Virus record (IMG/VR): IMGVR_UViG_3300021319_000137 | Span: 21,677 to 85,676 of that record | Reading direction: 5' to 3' (one strand) | DNA: 64,000 bases | Source: a virus | Lineage: Duplodnaviria > Caudoviricetes | Part shown: one piece after another, positions 1 to 8,685 of the stretch | Layout of the letters: each line of letters opens with the position of its first letter | Position numbering within the stretch: position 1 is the first letter of the stretch | Made by a program: the position numbers and the translations under genes | Notes under the pieces: generated by a model | Databases searched by the model: none | What the model saw: only the letters and a program-made list of their open reading frames with translations | Told to the model about the DNA's origin: nothing

Positions 1-2
1 GG

Positions 3-740
3 AACGATCTCCCAGATAACAAGTCGCTATTCACGATGCCAAGTGGCAAAGGCATGGCCATCGGTAATATCACTTCCCAGCTGCTGGCGAACTTCTACCT
101 GTCATACTTTGATGAGTTCATGATCGAGGAGTGTTCCTACACTGGCGCAGGTTATGTTCGTTTCGTCGATGACGCGCTGATCATCGCCAACGACAAACGC
201 TTCATCATCGACCTGCGCAAGAAGGCGACGCAGTGGCTGAAGAAGAATCTCAAACTGCAATTGCACAAGGACAAGTTCTACCTGCAGCCCGCCACGCACG
301 GCGTGAAATTCGTCGGCTGTGTCCTCAAGCCAGGCCGAACGTACACGGCGAACCGAACCCTGGGCAACATGACCAGGCGTGTCATGCAGACCAACAGCCT
401 GTGCCGGGACATCATCGAGAACGGCCCGACACTTGAGAACCTGAAACTGCTGAAACGCCACGTCTGCAGCCTCAATTCCTACATGGGCTTTTGTGTCCAT
501 AACTACACCTTCAACCAGCGACGGAAGATGTTCAGCAACGCCACATATTTCTGGAAGTGTTGCAACATACAGCATCGGTTCTCGGTGGTGAAGGTCAAGA
601 AGAAGTACAATTATTTTTTGTTCCTTGTTAAAACAGACCAATTACAACATGAGACAGCAATCAGAAATCTTGCCCCCCTTGGTAAGCGTAAGGCGCGAAC
701 TGGGGCAAAACATCTTCACCGTGGCGTTCAACGTCACTGA
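3..740 (+). CDS. DGR-type reverse transcriptase, C-terminal part (5' end outside window)
   Basis: KSLF...GMAIGNITSQLLANFYL, YVRFVDD and GVKFVG motifs typical of DGR RTs; frame is open from base 3. Confidence 0.92.
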   Translation, partial: NDLPDNKSLFTMPSGKGMAIGNITSQLLANFYLSYFDEFMIEECSYTGAGYVRFVDDALIIANDKRFIIDLRKKATQWLKKNLKLQLHKDKFYLQPATHGVKFVGCVLKPGRTYTANRTLGNMTRRVMQTNSLCRDIIENGPTLENLKLLKRHVCSLNSYMGFCVHNYTFNQRRKMFSNATYFWKCCNIQHRFSVVKVKKKYNYFLFLVKTDQLQHETAIRNLAPLGKRKARTGAKHLHRGVQRH

Positions 741-1473
741 GGTTGAGAACGGTTATGAATTTGAGACGGCAGAGCTGCCGCCTGGTGTGTGGCGTCGTGA
801 CCTGATCATCTCGGCGATTATCCGCTCACGTTATAACACCGATGACATGGAGGCCATCCATAACAACGTGCTGGCCGACCTGACAGATAAGGAGGCCAAG
901 GCCGCGCATACAGCTATGCAGCAGTGGCGCACTAAAGCTAAGCAGTGGTCACGTGAACTGATGACATGGGCAGAGGAGAATGGCCTGGCACAGGCTGAGC
1001 TGATGCCTGACCCAGAACCTCACGCCCCGGATGACACTGTTGAGGGTTATGACGGGGTGGCCACCCTTTCGGCCGCTGTTGAACTGGCCAAGGGCCAGGC
1101 AACAGATCTGGAGGACGAGACGGCTGCCAAGTTACCCGAATTGTTCCCGCTGTGGATTAACCAGCTCGGGCAGCAGCTTCATGCCGGTGAGCGTTATAGC
1201 TTCGTAGGCCGATTGTGGAAAGTGCTCCAGGATCACACGGCGCAGGCCGACTGGATGCCGGACACGACGCCCTCATTATTTGCTGAGGTGGCCGCTGATC
1301 AGGAGCAGGGCACCATCGACAACCCGATTCCCTACAACGGTAATATGGCTCTTGAAGAGGGCAAGTATTACACACAGGGAGGTGTCGTTTACCTGTGCAT
1401 CCGTGACACCATCAATCCGGTGTATAACGATCTGAGCGCCCTTGTGGGCTTGTATGTCCAGATCGTTGAGTAG
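649..1473 (+). CDS. Phage protein with C-terminal CBM5/12-like (chitin-binding type) aromatic repeats
   Basis: ATG at 649 (MRQQSEIL) overlaps the RT 3' end. Motifs GRLWKVLQDHTAQADWMPDTTPSLF and GKYYTQGGVVYLCIRD. Confidence 0.7.
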   Translation: MRQQSEILPPLVSVRRELGQNIFTVAFNVTEVENGYEFETAELPPGVWRRDLIISAIIRSRYNTDDMEAIHNNVLADLTDKEAKAAHTAMQQWRTKAKQWSRELMTWAEENGLAQAELMPDPEPHAPDDTVEGYDGVATLSAAVELAKGQATDLEDETAAKLPELFPLWINQLGQQLHAGERYSFVGRLWKVLQDHTAQADWMPDTTPSLFAEVAADQEQGTIDNPIPYNGNMALEEGKYYTQGGVVYLCIRDTINPVYNDLSALVGLYVQIVE

Positions 1474-1493
1474 TTGGTTGTGGGGCAAATGAA

Positions 1494-1611
1494 AAGCCCC
1501 CAGCCCTGTCAAAAGTCGTCCTACTTACTTAAAAACAGTACCCACACAGGGAGAGGCTGGAGGCTTGTGCCTTCTTCCTCCATGTGTGGGCTGTTTTGTT
1601 GTAAGTAGGAC
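1494..1611. ncRNA. Putative structured RNA or switch with two interleaved inverted repeats
   Basis: 1494-1505 pairs with 1555-1566 (1 mismatch); 1518-1528 pairs with 1601-1611 (11 bp perfect), plus internal aaaacag/ctgtttt and cccacaca/tgtgtggg. Confidence 0.5.
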
Positions 1612-1639
1612 ACCGCAAAGGTACAATTTTTTTCAGAAA

Positions 1640-1882
1640 ATGACACTATTTGAAGCATTATCGATCAATAAAGAGATGATCAATCGTTTGCAGGCTTTTG
1701 GTGCCAAAGCTGACGACTGGCGCTATCTTGACCTGTATCGAGACTACCAGCGGATGCACCAGGAGGGGGATAAGGTGACCTATATCGTCTCTGTCCTGAG
1801 TGAGCGTTACCATGTGAGCGAGCGCAAGATCTACAGCCTGGTCAAACGCTTCGGTACCGACTGCACGGTTGATGCAGTGTGA
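1640..1882 (+). CDS. Small HTH protein (possible Mor/C-like late regulator)
   Basis: 80 aa from ATG 1640; C-terminal HTH-like IVSVLSERYHVSERKIYSLVKRF. Confidence 0.6.
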   Translation: MTLFEALSINKEMINRLQAFGAKADDWRYLDLYRDYQRMHQEGDKVTYIVSVLSERYHVSERKIYSLVKRFGTDCTVDAV

Positions 1883-1932
1883 TTGCTCGATCTTGTGCCG
1901 CATGGGTTGGTTGGATTGCCGACCTTTGCGGT

Positions 1933-2756
1933 ATGGAAACGAAAAAACTGTACATGTCGGCGCCGCTTCCTTTCGTAGGTCAGAAGCGGAACTTTGCCAG
2001 ACCATTCATCAAGGTGCTGGAGCAATATCCTGACGGCACCACCTTTGTTGACCTGTTCGGTGGCAGCGGCTTGCTGTCACATATCGCCAAGCACCAGAAA
2101 CCGCATAGCAAGGTTGTCTATAACGACTATGATAACTACCGCGAGCGCCTGGTGCGCATTCCCGAGACCAATGAGCTGCTTGCCAAGCTGCGCGAGATCA
2201 CTGCTGGCATCCCCAGGAAGTCGCCCATCATGGGCGAGGCACGTGAGCGGGTGCTTGCCACCATCGCCGCCCATGAGGCGCGATATATATCACCTTGTCC
2301 CCATCGATCCTGTTCTCTATGAAGTACCTGTTGAGCCTTGATGCGATTCGGAAAGAGGGGCTTTATAACAAGATCCGCACCACTGACTTCGCCCCTGCAG
2401 GTGACTACCTTGAAGGCTTGACCGTCACCAGTGCCGATTACCGCGAGGTGTTTGCCCAGTACAAAGACGAGCCGAATGTGGTGTTCCTGGTTGACCCGCC
2501 CTACCTGAGCACCGAAGCGGGAACATACAGGATGTATTGGAAGCTGAGTGACTACCTTGATGTGCTGAACGTGCTGAGGGCCCACCGCTTCATCTACTTC
2601 ACCAGCAACAAGTCGAGCATCCTGGAACTGTGCCAATGGCTGGGTAAGAACCGAGACCTGGGCAATCCCTTTGCCGGCTGCCAGATGGTAGAGTTCCGCG
2701 CCCAGATGAACTACAGCGCATCCTATACCGACATGATGATTTATAACGCCGCTTAA
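1933..2756 (+). pseudogene. Dam/D12-class N6-adenine DNA methyltransferase, frameshifted near 2283-2290
   Basis: N-half has APLPFVGQKR and DLFGGSG (motif I), C-half has DPPY (motif IV); the halves are in different frames joined at an (AT)4 tract. Confidence 0.85.
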
Positions 2757-2778
2757 ACGTGTAAGTACGAGCCAGTGG

Positions 2779-2842
2779 CTCGCAATACAAGACAAGAATC
2801 GACACAGTGCTGAGGCTGTGCCGATTCTTTGTACTATGCGAG
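2779..2842. terminator. Imperfect long hairpin between convergent genes
   Basis: ctcgca..aagaatcg.cacag / ctgtg.cgattctt..tgcgag. Confidence 0.4.
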
Positions 2843-2847
2843 TATTG

Positions 2848-3057
2848 TCAGAGGGCTTTGCCCATGGCTATGCCCACAATCGCTATCAATAGACCAAGTT
2901 GGGCTTCCTTGTCATCAATGTCGCTCATGCTGATGTTGACCGGCTTCTCGGTGGCTTTGTCCCATATTTCCTGGTTTAATTCAACGCCAGCGAGAGTTGC
3001 TACTGTTGCCACCTGGTCGCGGCTAAATTCGATGTTAACGGTTAATTTCTTGTCCAT
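2848..3057 (-). CDS. Small hypothetical protein (69 aa)
   Basis: ORF co-directional with MuF, hydrophobic C-terminus. Confidence 0.6.
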   Translation of the reverse strand: MDKKLTVNIEFSRDQVATVATLAGVELNQEIWDKATEKPVNISMSDIDDKEAQLGLLIAIVGIAMGKAL

Positions 3058-3072
3058 GATGATAGTTGTATA

Positions 3073-3258
3073 TTATGGTTTATAGATGCCGAATATGGAC
3101 CCGATAACGAGGGTGAGGAGTAAGACCACGCCGGTCATTACGACTGACAGGAATATCAGAATGCCGGTTTTTGTCCTTATTCTGTCCCGGTGGATCTGCC
3201 TGTTGATCTTCTCGTCGATGCAGTACCGGTTGCGTTTTTTTGCTATTTTTTTGTCCAT
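3073..3258 (-). CDS. Small membrane protein (61 aa, one predicted TM helix)
   Basis: Basic N-terminus then ILIFLSVVMTGVVLLLTLVIGSIFGI. Confidence 0.6.
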   Translation of the reverse strand: MDKKIAKKRNRYCIDEKINRQIHRDRIRTKTGILIFLSVVMTGVVLLLTLVIGSIFGIYKP

Positions 3259-3354
3259 GATAGTTGCTAATTCAAAAAATGGCGTTATATTTGCAAACAG
3301 ATTAGCATTGAGATTGAGCCTTGGATTGTAACTCCAGGTAGTTCTTTCTCTTTG

Positions 3355-4539
3355 CTATTTCTTTTTTATATATTTCTTTATTGTTTCTGGATTGTCGGAG
3401 ATTGAGTGTAGTACATATTCTCCCCAGTCCCATTCCCAGACAATTATGCACTGTTCTTCTCCCTTGACCGTAGTAGAGAAAATATGGCTTTGCACAACTC
3501 TATCCCTACGTTTGTGTGGCGGCAATGTAGCAGGGCCTAGGTACTCACTCTCTTCAAGCACTTCGTTAATTCTTAACAATAATTTGTTTTTCTCTTGATA
3601 GTGTTTGTTTGGTTGATTTGTCCACTCCGAGATAGATGCCCTCGAAATATTAATAGGATGAGGGAAATGTGATGTTGTAATTGAAGTTCCTTGTAGTGGT
3701 TTAGCGAGCTTTCTTGTTTGTTTGGCATCGGCATTAGCCAAAACCCTAACTATACGACAAGCGGCACATAGTTCATTCTCAGGAACGAATGCCAGGTTGA
3801 CCTTACCCTGGGCGATGTCGCAGTCCCGGCAGCGGCTGATGGTGTAGGGATTGTAGTCCGGGAACGTCTTGCCTTCCTTGCCCGAGTTGAAGCGGAAGAT
3901 GCCGCGCGTGTCCTTCTGCAGGGCTTCCTCGCCCCTGGCACGCGCCTCTTCAGGATCTGTCACCGGGTACTTTGACTTGCGGACCTGGGCCACTGTGCAG
4001 CGGCAGTTCCAGCCATTGGGCGGGTAGTAAGTCTCCCAGAACGGGTCAGAGGGTGGCAGCGTCACCCCATCGAGGGCGGCGTGCTCAGGCCTTACCTTTT
4101 CATCATGCTGAGTGCGGTACTGCAGGTTGTAGCGGTCACCGTCGGCCTCGATCTGCTCCCACTTGGCCGCCATGTCTGCCGAAGCCTGGCAGAAGTTGTA
4201 CTCGGCCCGCAGGTAGTTTTTATTGTAGGTGCTATCGATGGCTTGAACGTCATTCAAAAAGCGTTCAAAGGGCTTTCTCTCGCCATTCTCGTCGATGAGT
4301 GAGGGAAAGGCCTCGTTCAACTCATGGAAGGCCTTAAAGCCCGAGAATATGAAGTTGGAACGCTCCAGCCGGTGTCGCATAGCATCAGACATCGATACCT
4401 GCTGCATAGAGTGGTTCAGCGCGTCGGCATGTGTGCCGATGAAGTCAGTGACCTCGGGTTCCTGGATGACCTGGATGTCGAGCATAGCGCCCTCCTGGCG
4501 GTAGAGCGCGTGCATCATTCCCTCGAACGCCTTGCCCAC
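3355..4539 (-). CDS. Phage Mu gpF-like (MuF) minor head protein with C-terminal extension (putative nuclease toxin); frame is open upstream to the portal stop region (~4662)
   Basis: LQYRTQHDEKVRPEHAALDG...YPPNGWNCRC MuF signature; AT-rich C-terminal ~130 aa. Confidence 0.88.
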   Translation of the reverse strand: MGKAFEGMMHALYRQEGAMLDIQVIQEPEVTDFIGTHADALNHSMQQVSMSDAMRHRLERSNFIFSGFKAFHELNEAFPSLIDENGERKPFERFLNDVQAIDSTYNKNYLRAEYNFCQASADMAAKWEQIEADGDRYNLQYRTQHDEKVRPEHAALDGVTLPPSDPFWETYYPPNGWNCRCTVAQVRKSKYPVTDPEEARARGEEALQKDTRGIFRFNSGKEGKTFPDYNPYTISRCRDCDIAQGKVNLAFVPENELCAACRIVRVLANADAKQTRKLAKPLQGTSITTSHFPHPINISRASISEWTNQPNKHYQEKNKLLLRINEVLEESEYLGPATLPPHKRRDRVVQSHIFSTTVKGEEQCIIVWEWDWGEYVLHSISDNPETIKKYIKKK

Positions 4540-4633
4540 CCGGTCACGGATCTGCTGCTCGAGATCTTCACGAGCGAGAGTGACGGCGGTAATGAAGCCC
4601 TCACGGCCCAGTATTTCGGCATAACGCTGGTGC

Positions 4634-4671
4634 AGCCCCGCATAGTCGGCGGGGCTCAGTCGAAAAAAGGG
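4634..4671 (-). promoter_or_regulatory. Putative -1 programmed ribosomal frameshift signal (portal to MuF)
   Basis: Minus strand C_CCU_UUU and U_UUU_UUC heptamers (4671-4662), 5-nt spacer, 8-bp GC hairpin agccccgc/gcggggct (4656-4634); the -1 frame is the MuF frame. Confidence 0.75.
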
Positions 4672-5981
4672 CGCACAGTCGCCTCCTGCTGGCCGTTTTG
4701 CTCTCCAGTGGGTGTTTCCTTACCTTTGCCCTCTTCATCATCCTGGGGCGGTTCTGTGGGCGGATTATTGGCATTGTTGCGGCGCTCACCTACCGGCATA
4801 CCGTATTTATCTTCGAAATAGGACGGGTCCACCTCATAGTTATTGAGCACCATGGTCTCATAGTTCACCTGCTGCTCGGGTGAATAGTCCACCGAATAGT
4901 CCCAGTCGAAGCGCAGCCCATTGAGCGGGAAACCATGACGGATCATGCGCGGGATGAGTTGGTCGTTAACGATGTCGCGGATGCTGTCGCAGTCAGCCTC
5001 GATGATGTTCTCGAAGACCTCCAGGTGAGTTTCGGACTGGCTGAGCGAGCTACCGTCCTCGATGGTCATGGTCTGTCCAATGATAAGCTTTGAGAGTTCA
5101 CTGTTGGCCCTCTCAATGCGCCGGTCATAGACGTTGAAGGCATCGCCGCGTGAAGACTCGACCACCTCAATCTCGGTACCCTGCTGGAAAATGCCCCAGC
5201 CCTCGGTACCCATGTCGGCCATCATCTTTTCCATGCGCTTCATCTCTTTATCGTCTCGAGTCGTAGTCCTGGCGATGCGCATTGGCATCCCGAAGATCTC
5301 GGCAAAAGTGTCCCAAAAGGCCAGCGCATTTTTCTTGGGGATGGTCTGTGTGGCCGCCTTGAGGAACAGTCCCAGGTTATCGGGCCGTCCTACCTCGATG
5401 AGCCAGTCACTGAACGGCGGTTGCCGATAGTCGATACCGGTGCTCCAGTCCTGCCCCAGGTCGGTGATGACGCGCCCGTATTCCGGTATGACGTGTTTGC
5501 GTGGAATCAGTTTGACCCCATTATATGCGAGTTTGCCGTCGCCAGCAGTGATGACATCCCCCAGCTCGATGAGCGAGTGTCCCCAATAGTTCGCATCGAG
5601 TGCGAGCTTGATCAGATCTTTGAACCAGGCAGCGTCAAAGAAGCCCAAAGCACCTTCATCCTCGTCGCCGCTCTCGTTGACCAGCTTAAACGATCGCGCC
5701 ATGACAAAGCCCTCGCGCTGCTGGATACATCCGGAGAGGTGTAGATCAACAGCGACATCGCGGTAGATGTCATAGAGGGGTTGTCGGTTGGGGTAGTCCA
5801 CGTTGATGGCCATCTGCCAAGCGGTGCGCCAGTCGCCGATGTCGCGTCTGGTGAGCGAGTCGGTGGTGCGCTGCAGCTGCATGACCGTTTTCTTGAACCT
5901 GGCCACGTCTTTCTTGGCGAGACGGAATGTGCCGAAAGGCGTCTCGAGCACCTGTTTATCGGTATTCTTTTTCTTGCTCAT
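4656..5981 (-). CDS. Portal protein, Mu gp29/DUF935-like
   Basis: 441 aa; WDTFAEIFGMPMRIARTT, ELSKLIIGQTMT and SQSETHLEV motifs; position between gpF and gp36. Confidence 0.88.
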   Translation of the reverse strand: MSKKKNTDKQVLETPFGTFRLAKKDVARFKKTVMQLQRTTDSLTRRDIGDWRTAWQMAINVDYPNRQPLYDIYRDVAVDLHLSGCIQQREGFVMARSFKLVNESGDEDEGALGFFDAAWFKDLIKLALDANYWGHSLIELGDVITAGDGKLAYNGVKLIPRKHVIPEYGRVITDLGQDWSTGIDYRQPPFSDWLIEVGRPDNLGLFLKAATQTIPKKNALAFWDTFAEIFGMPMRIARTTTRDDKEMKRMEKMMADMGTEGWGIFQQGTEIEVVESSRGDAFNVYDRRIERANSELSKLIIGQTMTIEDGSSLSQSETHLEVFENIIEADCDSIRDIVNDQLIPRMIRHGFPLNGLRFDWDYSVDYSPEQQVNYETMVLNNYEVDPSYFEDKYGMPVGERRNNANNPPTEPPQDDEEGKGKETPTGEQNGQQEATVRPFFD

Positions 5982-5991
5982 GATGTGTCAA

Positions 5992-6411
5992 TTACCAGTT
6001 GTGTCTCAATTTCTTTTGGCAGCCGTAAACCATGGGGAAGCCGACCGGGTTGCCTTCCTCGTCGGTAGAGACAGGAAGGTCAGGCACGTTCTTGCCGGCC
6101 TGCACCCCTTCTAGCCATTTGATGGCGCGGTCGTATCGTTCCTTGCGGATCTCGGTACCCATCTTTTGGGGCAATGAGGCCGCCATGTGGTAAAGTGCGA
6201 TGTCACAGGTGTACATGACAATGAGTTTGTTGCGCTCATTGCCCTCGGCACTGAACAGCGCCTCGGTGTCGTATTTTGGACGGAGGTAAGAGGATATTTC
6301 CTCGATGGCCTCTTCCTCGGCATTCGCCCGGTTGTCGTCGCTGATCTGTGAAATGACCTTCAAGGCCTGCTCACCAATGACAACCCTGTAATCCTCGTCG
6401 TTGATAAACAT
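5992..6411 (-). CDS. Mu gp36/DUF1320-like head-tail adaptor
   Basis: 139 aa; CDIALYHM...RKERYDRAIKWLEGVQAG. Confidence 0.8.
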   Translation of the reverse strand: MFINDEDYRVVIGEQALKVISQISDDNRANAEEEAIEEISSYLRPKYDTEALFSAEGNERNKLIVMYTCDIALYHMAASLPQKMGTEIRKERYDRAIKWLEGVQAGKNVPDLPVSTDEEGNPVGFPMVYGCQKKLRHNW

Positions 6412-6420
6412 AGCGTATCG

Positions 6421-6648
6421 TTATTTGGTGATGTGTAAAGCGATTTTCTCGATGTCCTTGACCTTTGTCCCCTTGCGGAATCGGTGTTGCTGGACGAGCT
6501 GCTTGATTGTCTGCTTGGGAACGACCTTGAGAGTGCCCCCCATCGATAAGACATAGTATCGCAGCCCAGTCTCTTGGGCTAACCTATTGGCCTGCTTGAC
6601 AGCCCTCTTGTAGCGAAAAGCGAAGATGAGTTGCTTGATTGTTTTCAT
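6421..6648 (-). CDS. Small basic phage protein (75 aa)
   Basis: ATG 6648 (MKTIKQLIFAFRY), tightly packed between terminase and gp36. Confidence 0.7.
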   Translation of the reverse strand: MKTIKQLIFAFRYKRAVKQANRLAQETGLRYYVLSMGGTLKVVPKQTIKQLVQQHRFRKGTKVKDIEKIALHITK

Positions 6649-6652
6649 TTTG

Positions 6653-8209
6653 TCACCATTGGTTTTTAGAGGTCGGTCGTCTGCCGAACCTGGGTATATA
6701 ATTTGCTTGTCTCGTATTGCGCTGGAGGAACCAGATGGCGCCCTCGTCAGCGTCAGGCGCATCGTCATGGACATGGCTGCCCCGTTCCAGCGCCAGTGTC
6801 TGTTCAATGCCAACCTGCATGTCCGGGCTATCCTTGAGCGCCTCGTTATAGAACACGAAGCCGCGTTCCCACAACGGGCTGACCGCTTCGATGCGCTGGA
6901 TCTTTTCCGGCTTCTTGCGTGTGTCCGGCATAATGGGCAGTTGGTATCCTCTCAGTTCTCCCTCGGTGGTGAACTCGTCGAGGATGATGTCCTGCATGAA
7001 GTTCGCCTCCATGTAGAATGATGCTGCCACGCCTGCCTCGCTGAGGCGCTCATAGAGGTTGTAGAGCCATCGCACCATACCCGACACTGTGTCCTGGCGG
7101 ACATAGCAGTCTATCAAGTGCAGCTCATTGCCGTGCTTGCCCCAGAGTCTGCAGGCCTTGTAGTCGTTGGCCGTAGTCGATTTGAAAGACGGGTCGGTGT
7201 AGCAGATGAGCTGCTCATACTTGCGCAGCGGCAGCACCTTTTTATATCTTATCCACTCATGCTTGAAGATGGCTCCCTCGTTGATGGGGTTGTGCATCAT
7301 CTCCTTTTGCCAGGCCCGGTAGCCCACGAAGTCGGCATACTCCTGAGCCTCCTGTTTGGTCCATTTCTCTTTCCATACCGGATTGCCCTTATCATCCACC
7401 GCGCAGATCTTAGAGACATGGACCCCACGGGTGGCAGCTATGTTGGCCAGTACCGAGTTCTTGCTGATGAGGTTGCCCACCATGATGAAGCGGCCACGTC
7501 CCACATCCAGGGCACCGAACAGTGCCTCCTTGACCCAATCGGTGAGTTCCCGGACACGCCGCTCATTACGGCAGAGTTCATCGTCATCGAGGTCATCGAT
7601 AACGATGTAGTCGGGTCGTGCTTCACGTTCACGCAGACCACGCGGCGACTGCCCCCTGCCCACAGCCAGGAACTTCACGCCGTTTCTTGTGGTGAACTCA
7701 CCTTCCATCCAGTTGCCGAGCGACATCTGTTCGCCGAAATCGGCGACGATGCGCTTGTTGTACTGGAGCTCTGCCTGGATGTCCCCCAGAAGCCGGTCGG
7801 CACTGTCCTCTGACTTGCCGACCACCACCATGAAGTTGATGAGTCTATCCGGCTGGAACATGAGCCATAGCGGCATGAAGATGTCGAAGTGGGTGGATTT
7901 GGCATGACCACGTGGCCACATGAAGACCGCCTTAAGGTTGGGCGTGCTCTTCACCTTCCTAGCTGCGGCATTGTGGAACGGCGCATTGTGTACTGTGCGT
8001 ATCACCTTGCCGGTGGCCTTGTCACGCAGGTTAAGGAAATGGGGGAAGTAGTATTCACAGAACGCGGCATAGTCCCGCTGCAGCTTCTTGATGCGCTGGT
8101 CCCGCTGTGTCGCGTTCTCTCGCACCAGGGTTGCCGTGTCGGTCATGCTCTGGATCTCGCGGCAGTGCGCCTCCCACAGTTCCCGATATTTAGATGGTAA
8201 TGCAGGCAT
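6653..8209 (-). CDS. Terminase large subunit
   Basis: WPRGHAKST Walker A, YIVIDDLDD Walker B, DPSF and HDDAPDADEG nuclease motifs. Confidence 0.92.
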   Translation of the reverse strand: MPALPSKYRELWEAHCREIQSMTDTATLVRENATQRDQRIKKLQRDYAAFCEYYFPHFLNLRDKATGKVIRTVHNAPFHNAAARKVKSTPNLKAVFMWPRGHAKSTHFDIFMPLWLMFQPDRLINFMVVVGKSEDSADRLLGDIQAELQYNKRIVADFGEQMSLGNWMEGEFTTRNGVKFLAVGRGQSPRGLREREARPDYIVIDDLDDDELCRNERRVRELTDWVKEALFGALDVGRGRFIMVGNLISKNSVLANIAATRGVHVSKICAVDDKGNPVWKEKWTKQEAQEYADFVGYRAWQKEMMHNPINEGAIFKHEWIRYKKVLPLRKYEQLICYTDPSFKSTTANDYKACRLWGKHGNELHLIDCYVRQDTVSGMVRWLYNLYERLSEAGVAASFYMEANFMQDIILDEFTTEGELRGYQLPIMPDTRKKPEKIQRIEAVSPLWERGFVFYNEALKDSPDMQVGIEQTLALERGSHVHDDAPDADEGAIWFLQRNTRQANYIPRFGRRPTSKNQW

Positions 8210-8211
8210 GA

Positions 8212-8685
8212 TTAGAGCTCTGAATTGGGAGACATCTTCTCCATGAGGAACTCATTCTGGTACTTGTTGATCGCCTTGATCAGCGCTGGTGTTATTTCCG
8301 GATCGTTGGACGCCTTGTCCTGGATCCATCGGTTGAACGCCATAAACACCTCGATGGCATCGACCACGTTGGCCTTCTTGTCCAGTTTCTCGATGACAGC
8401 CGAAAGTTTAGCTAGACGGTCGCCCAGTCCGGCTATGAGGTTCGGGTCGTCAGACTCGTTGACCGACGTGATGAGCCGGTCGATGGTAAGCAGCAGCTTG
8501 TTGACCAGTTCCTGGCGTGTGATGTTCTTGGCTGCACGCGCCTCTTTCCACCCGTCGGTGTTCGCCCATTTTGATATGGTCTGGCGGCTGATGGCGAGCC
8601 TTTCTGCAATCTCGGTCAGTTCCATACCGGATAGGTATAGGGAACGTCCAAGTGATTTCTTGTTTTCTAAATCTGCTTTCTTCAT
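8212..8685 (-). CDS. Terminase small subunit-like HTH protein
   Basis: ATG 8685 (MKKADLENKK); HTH LTEIAERLAISRQTISKW; directly upstream of TerL. Confidence 0.75.
   Translation of the reverse strand: MKKADLENKKSLGRSLYLSGMELTEIAERLAISRQTISKWANTDGWKEARAAKNITRQELVNKLLLTIDRLITSVNESDDPNLIAGLGDRLAKLSAVIEKLDKKANVVDAIEVFMAFNRWIQDKASNDPEITPALIKAINKYQNEFLMEKMSPNSEL

Noticed and set aside
741-3354. DGR template repeat downstream of the RT
   Set aside because: No AAC-rich copy of the 27306-27449 VR is visible here or elsewhere in the window; the TR is presumably upstream of base 1
2757-3354. Boundary between two tandem prophages
   Set aside because: No TTTCGTTTT-type end repeats or TG/CA junction were seen, so a single prophage is more parsimonious
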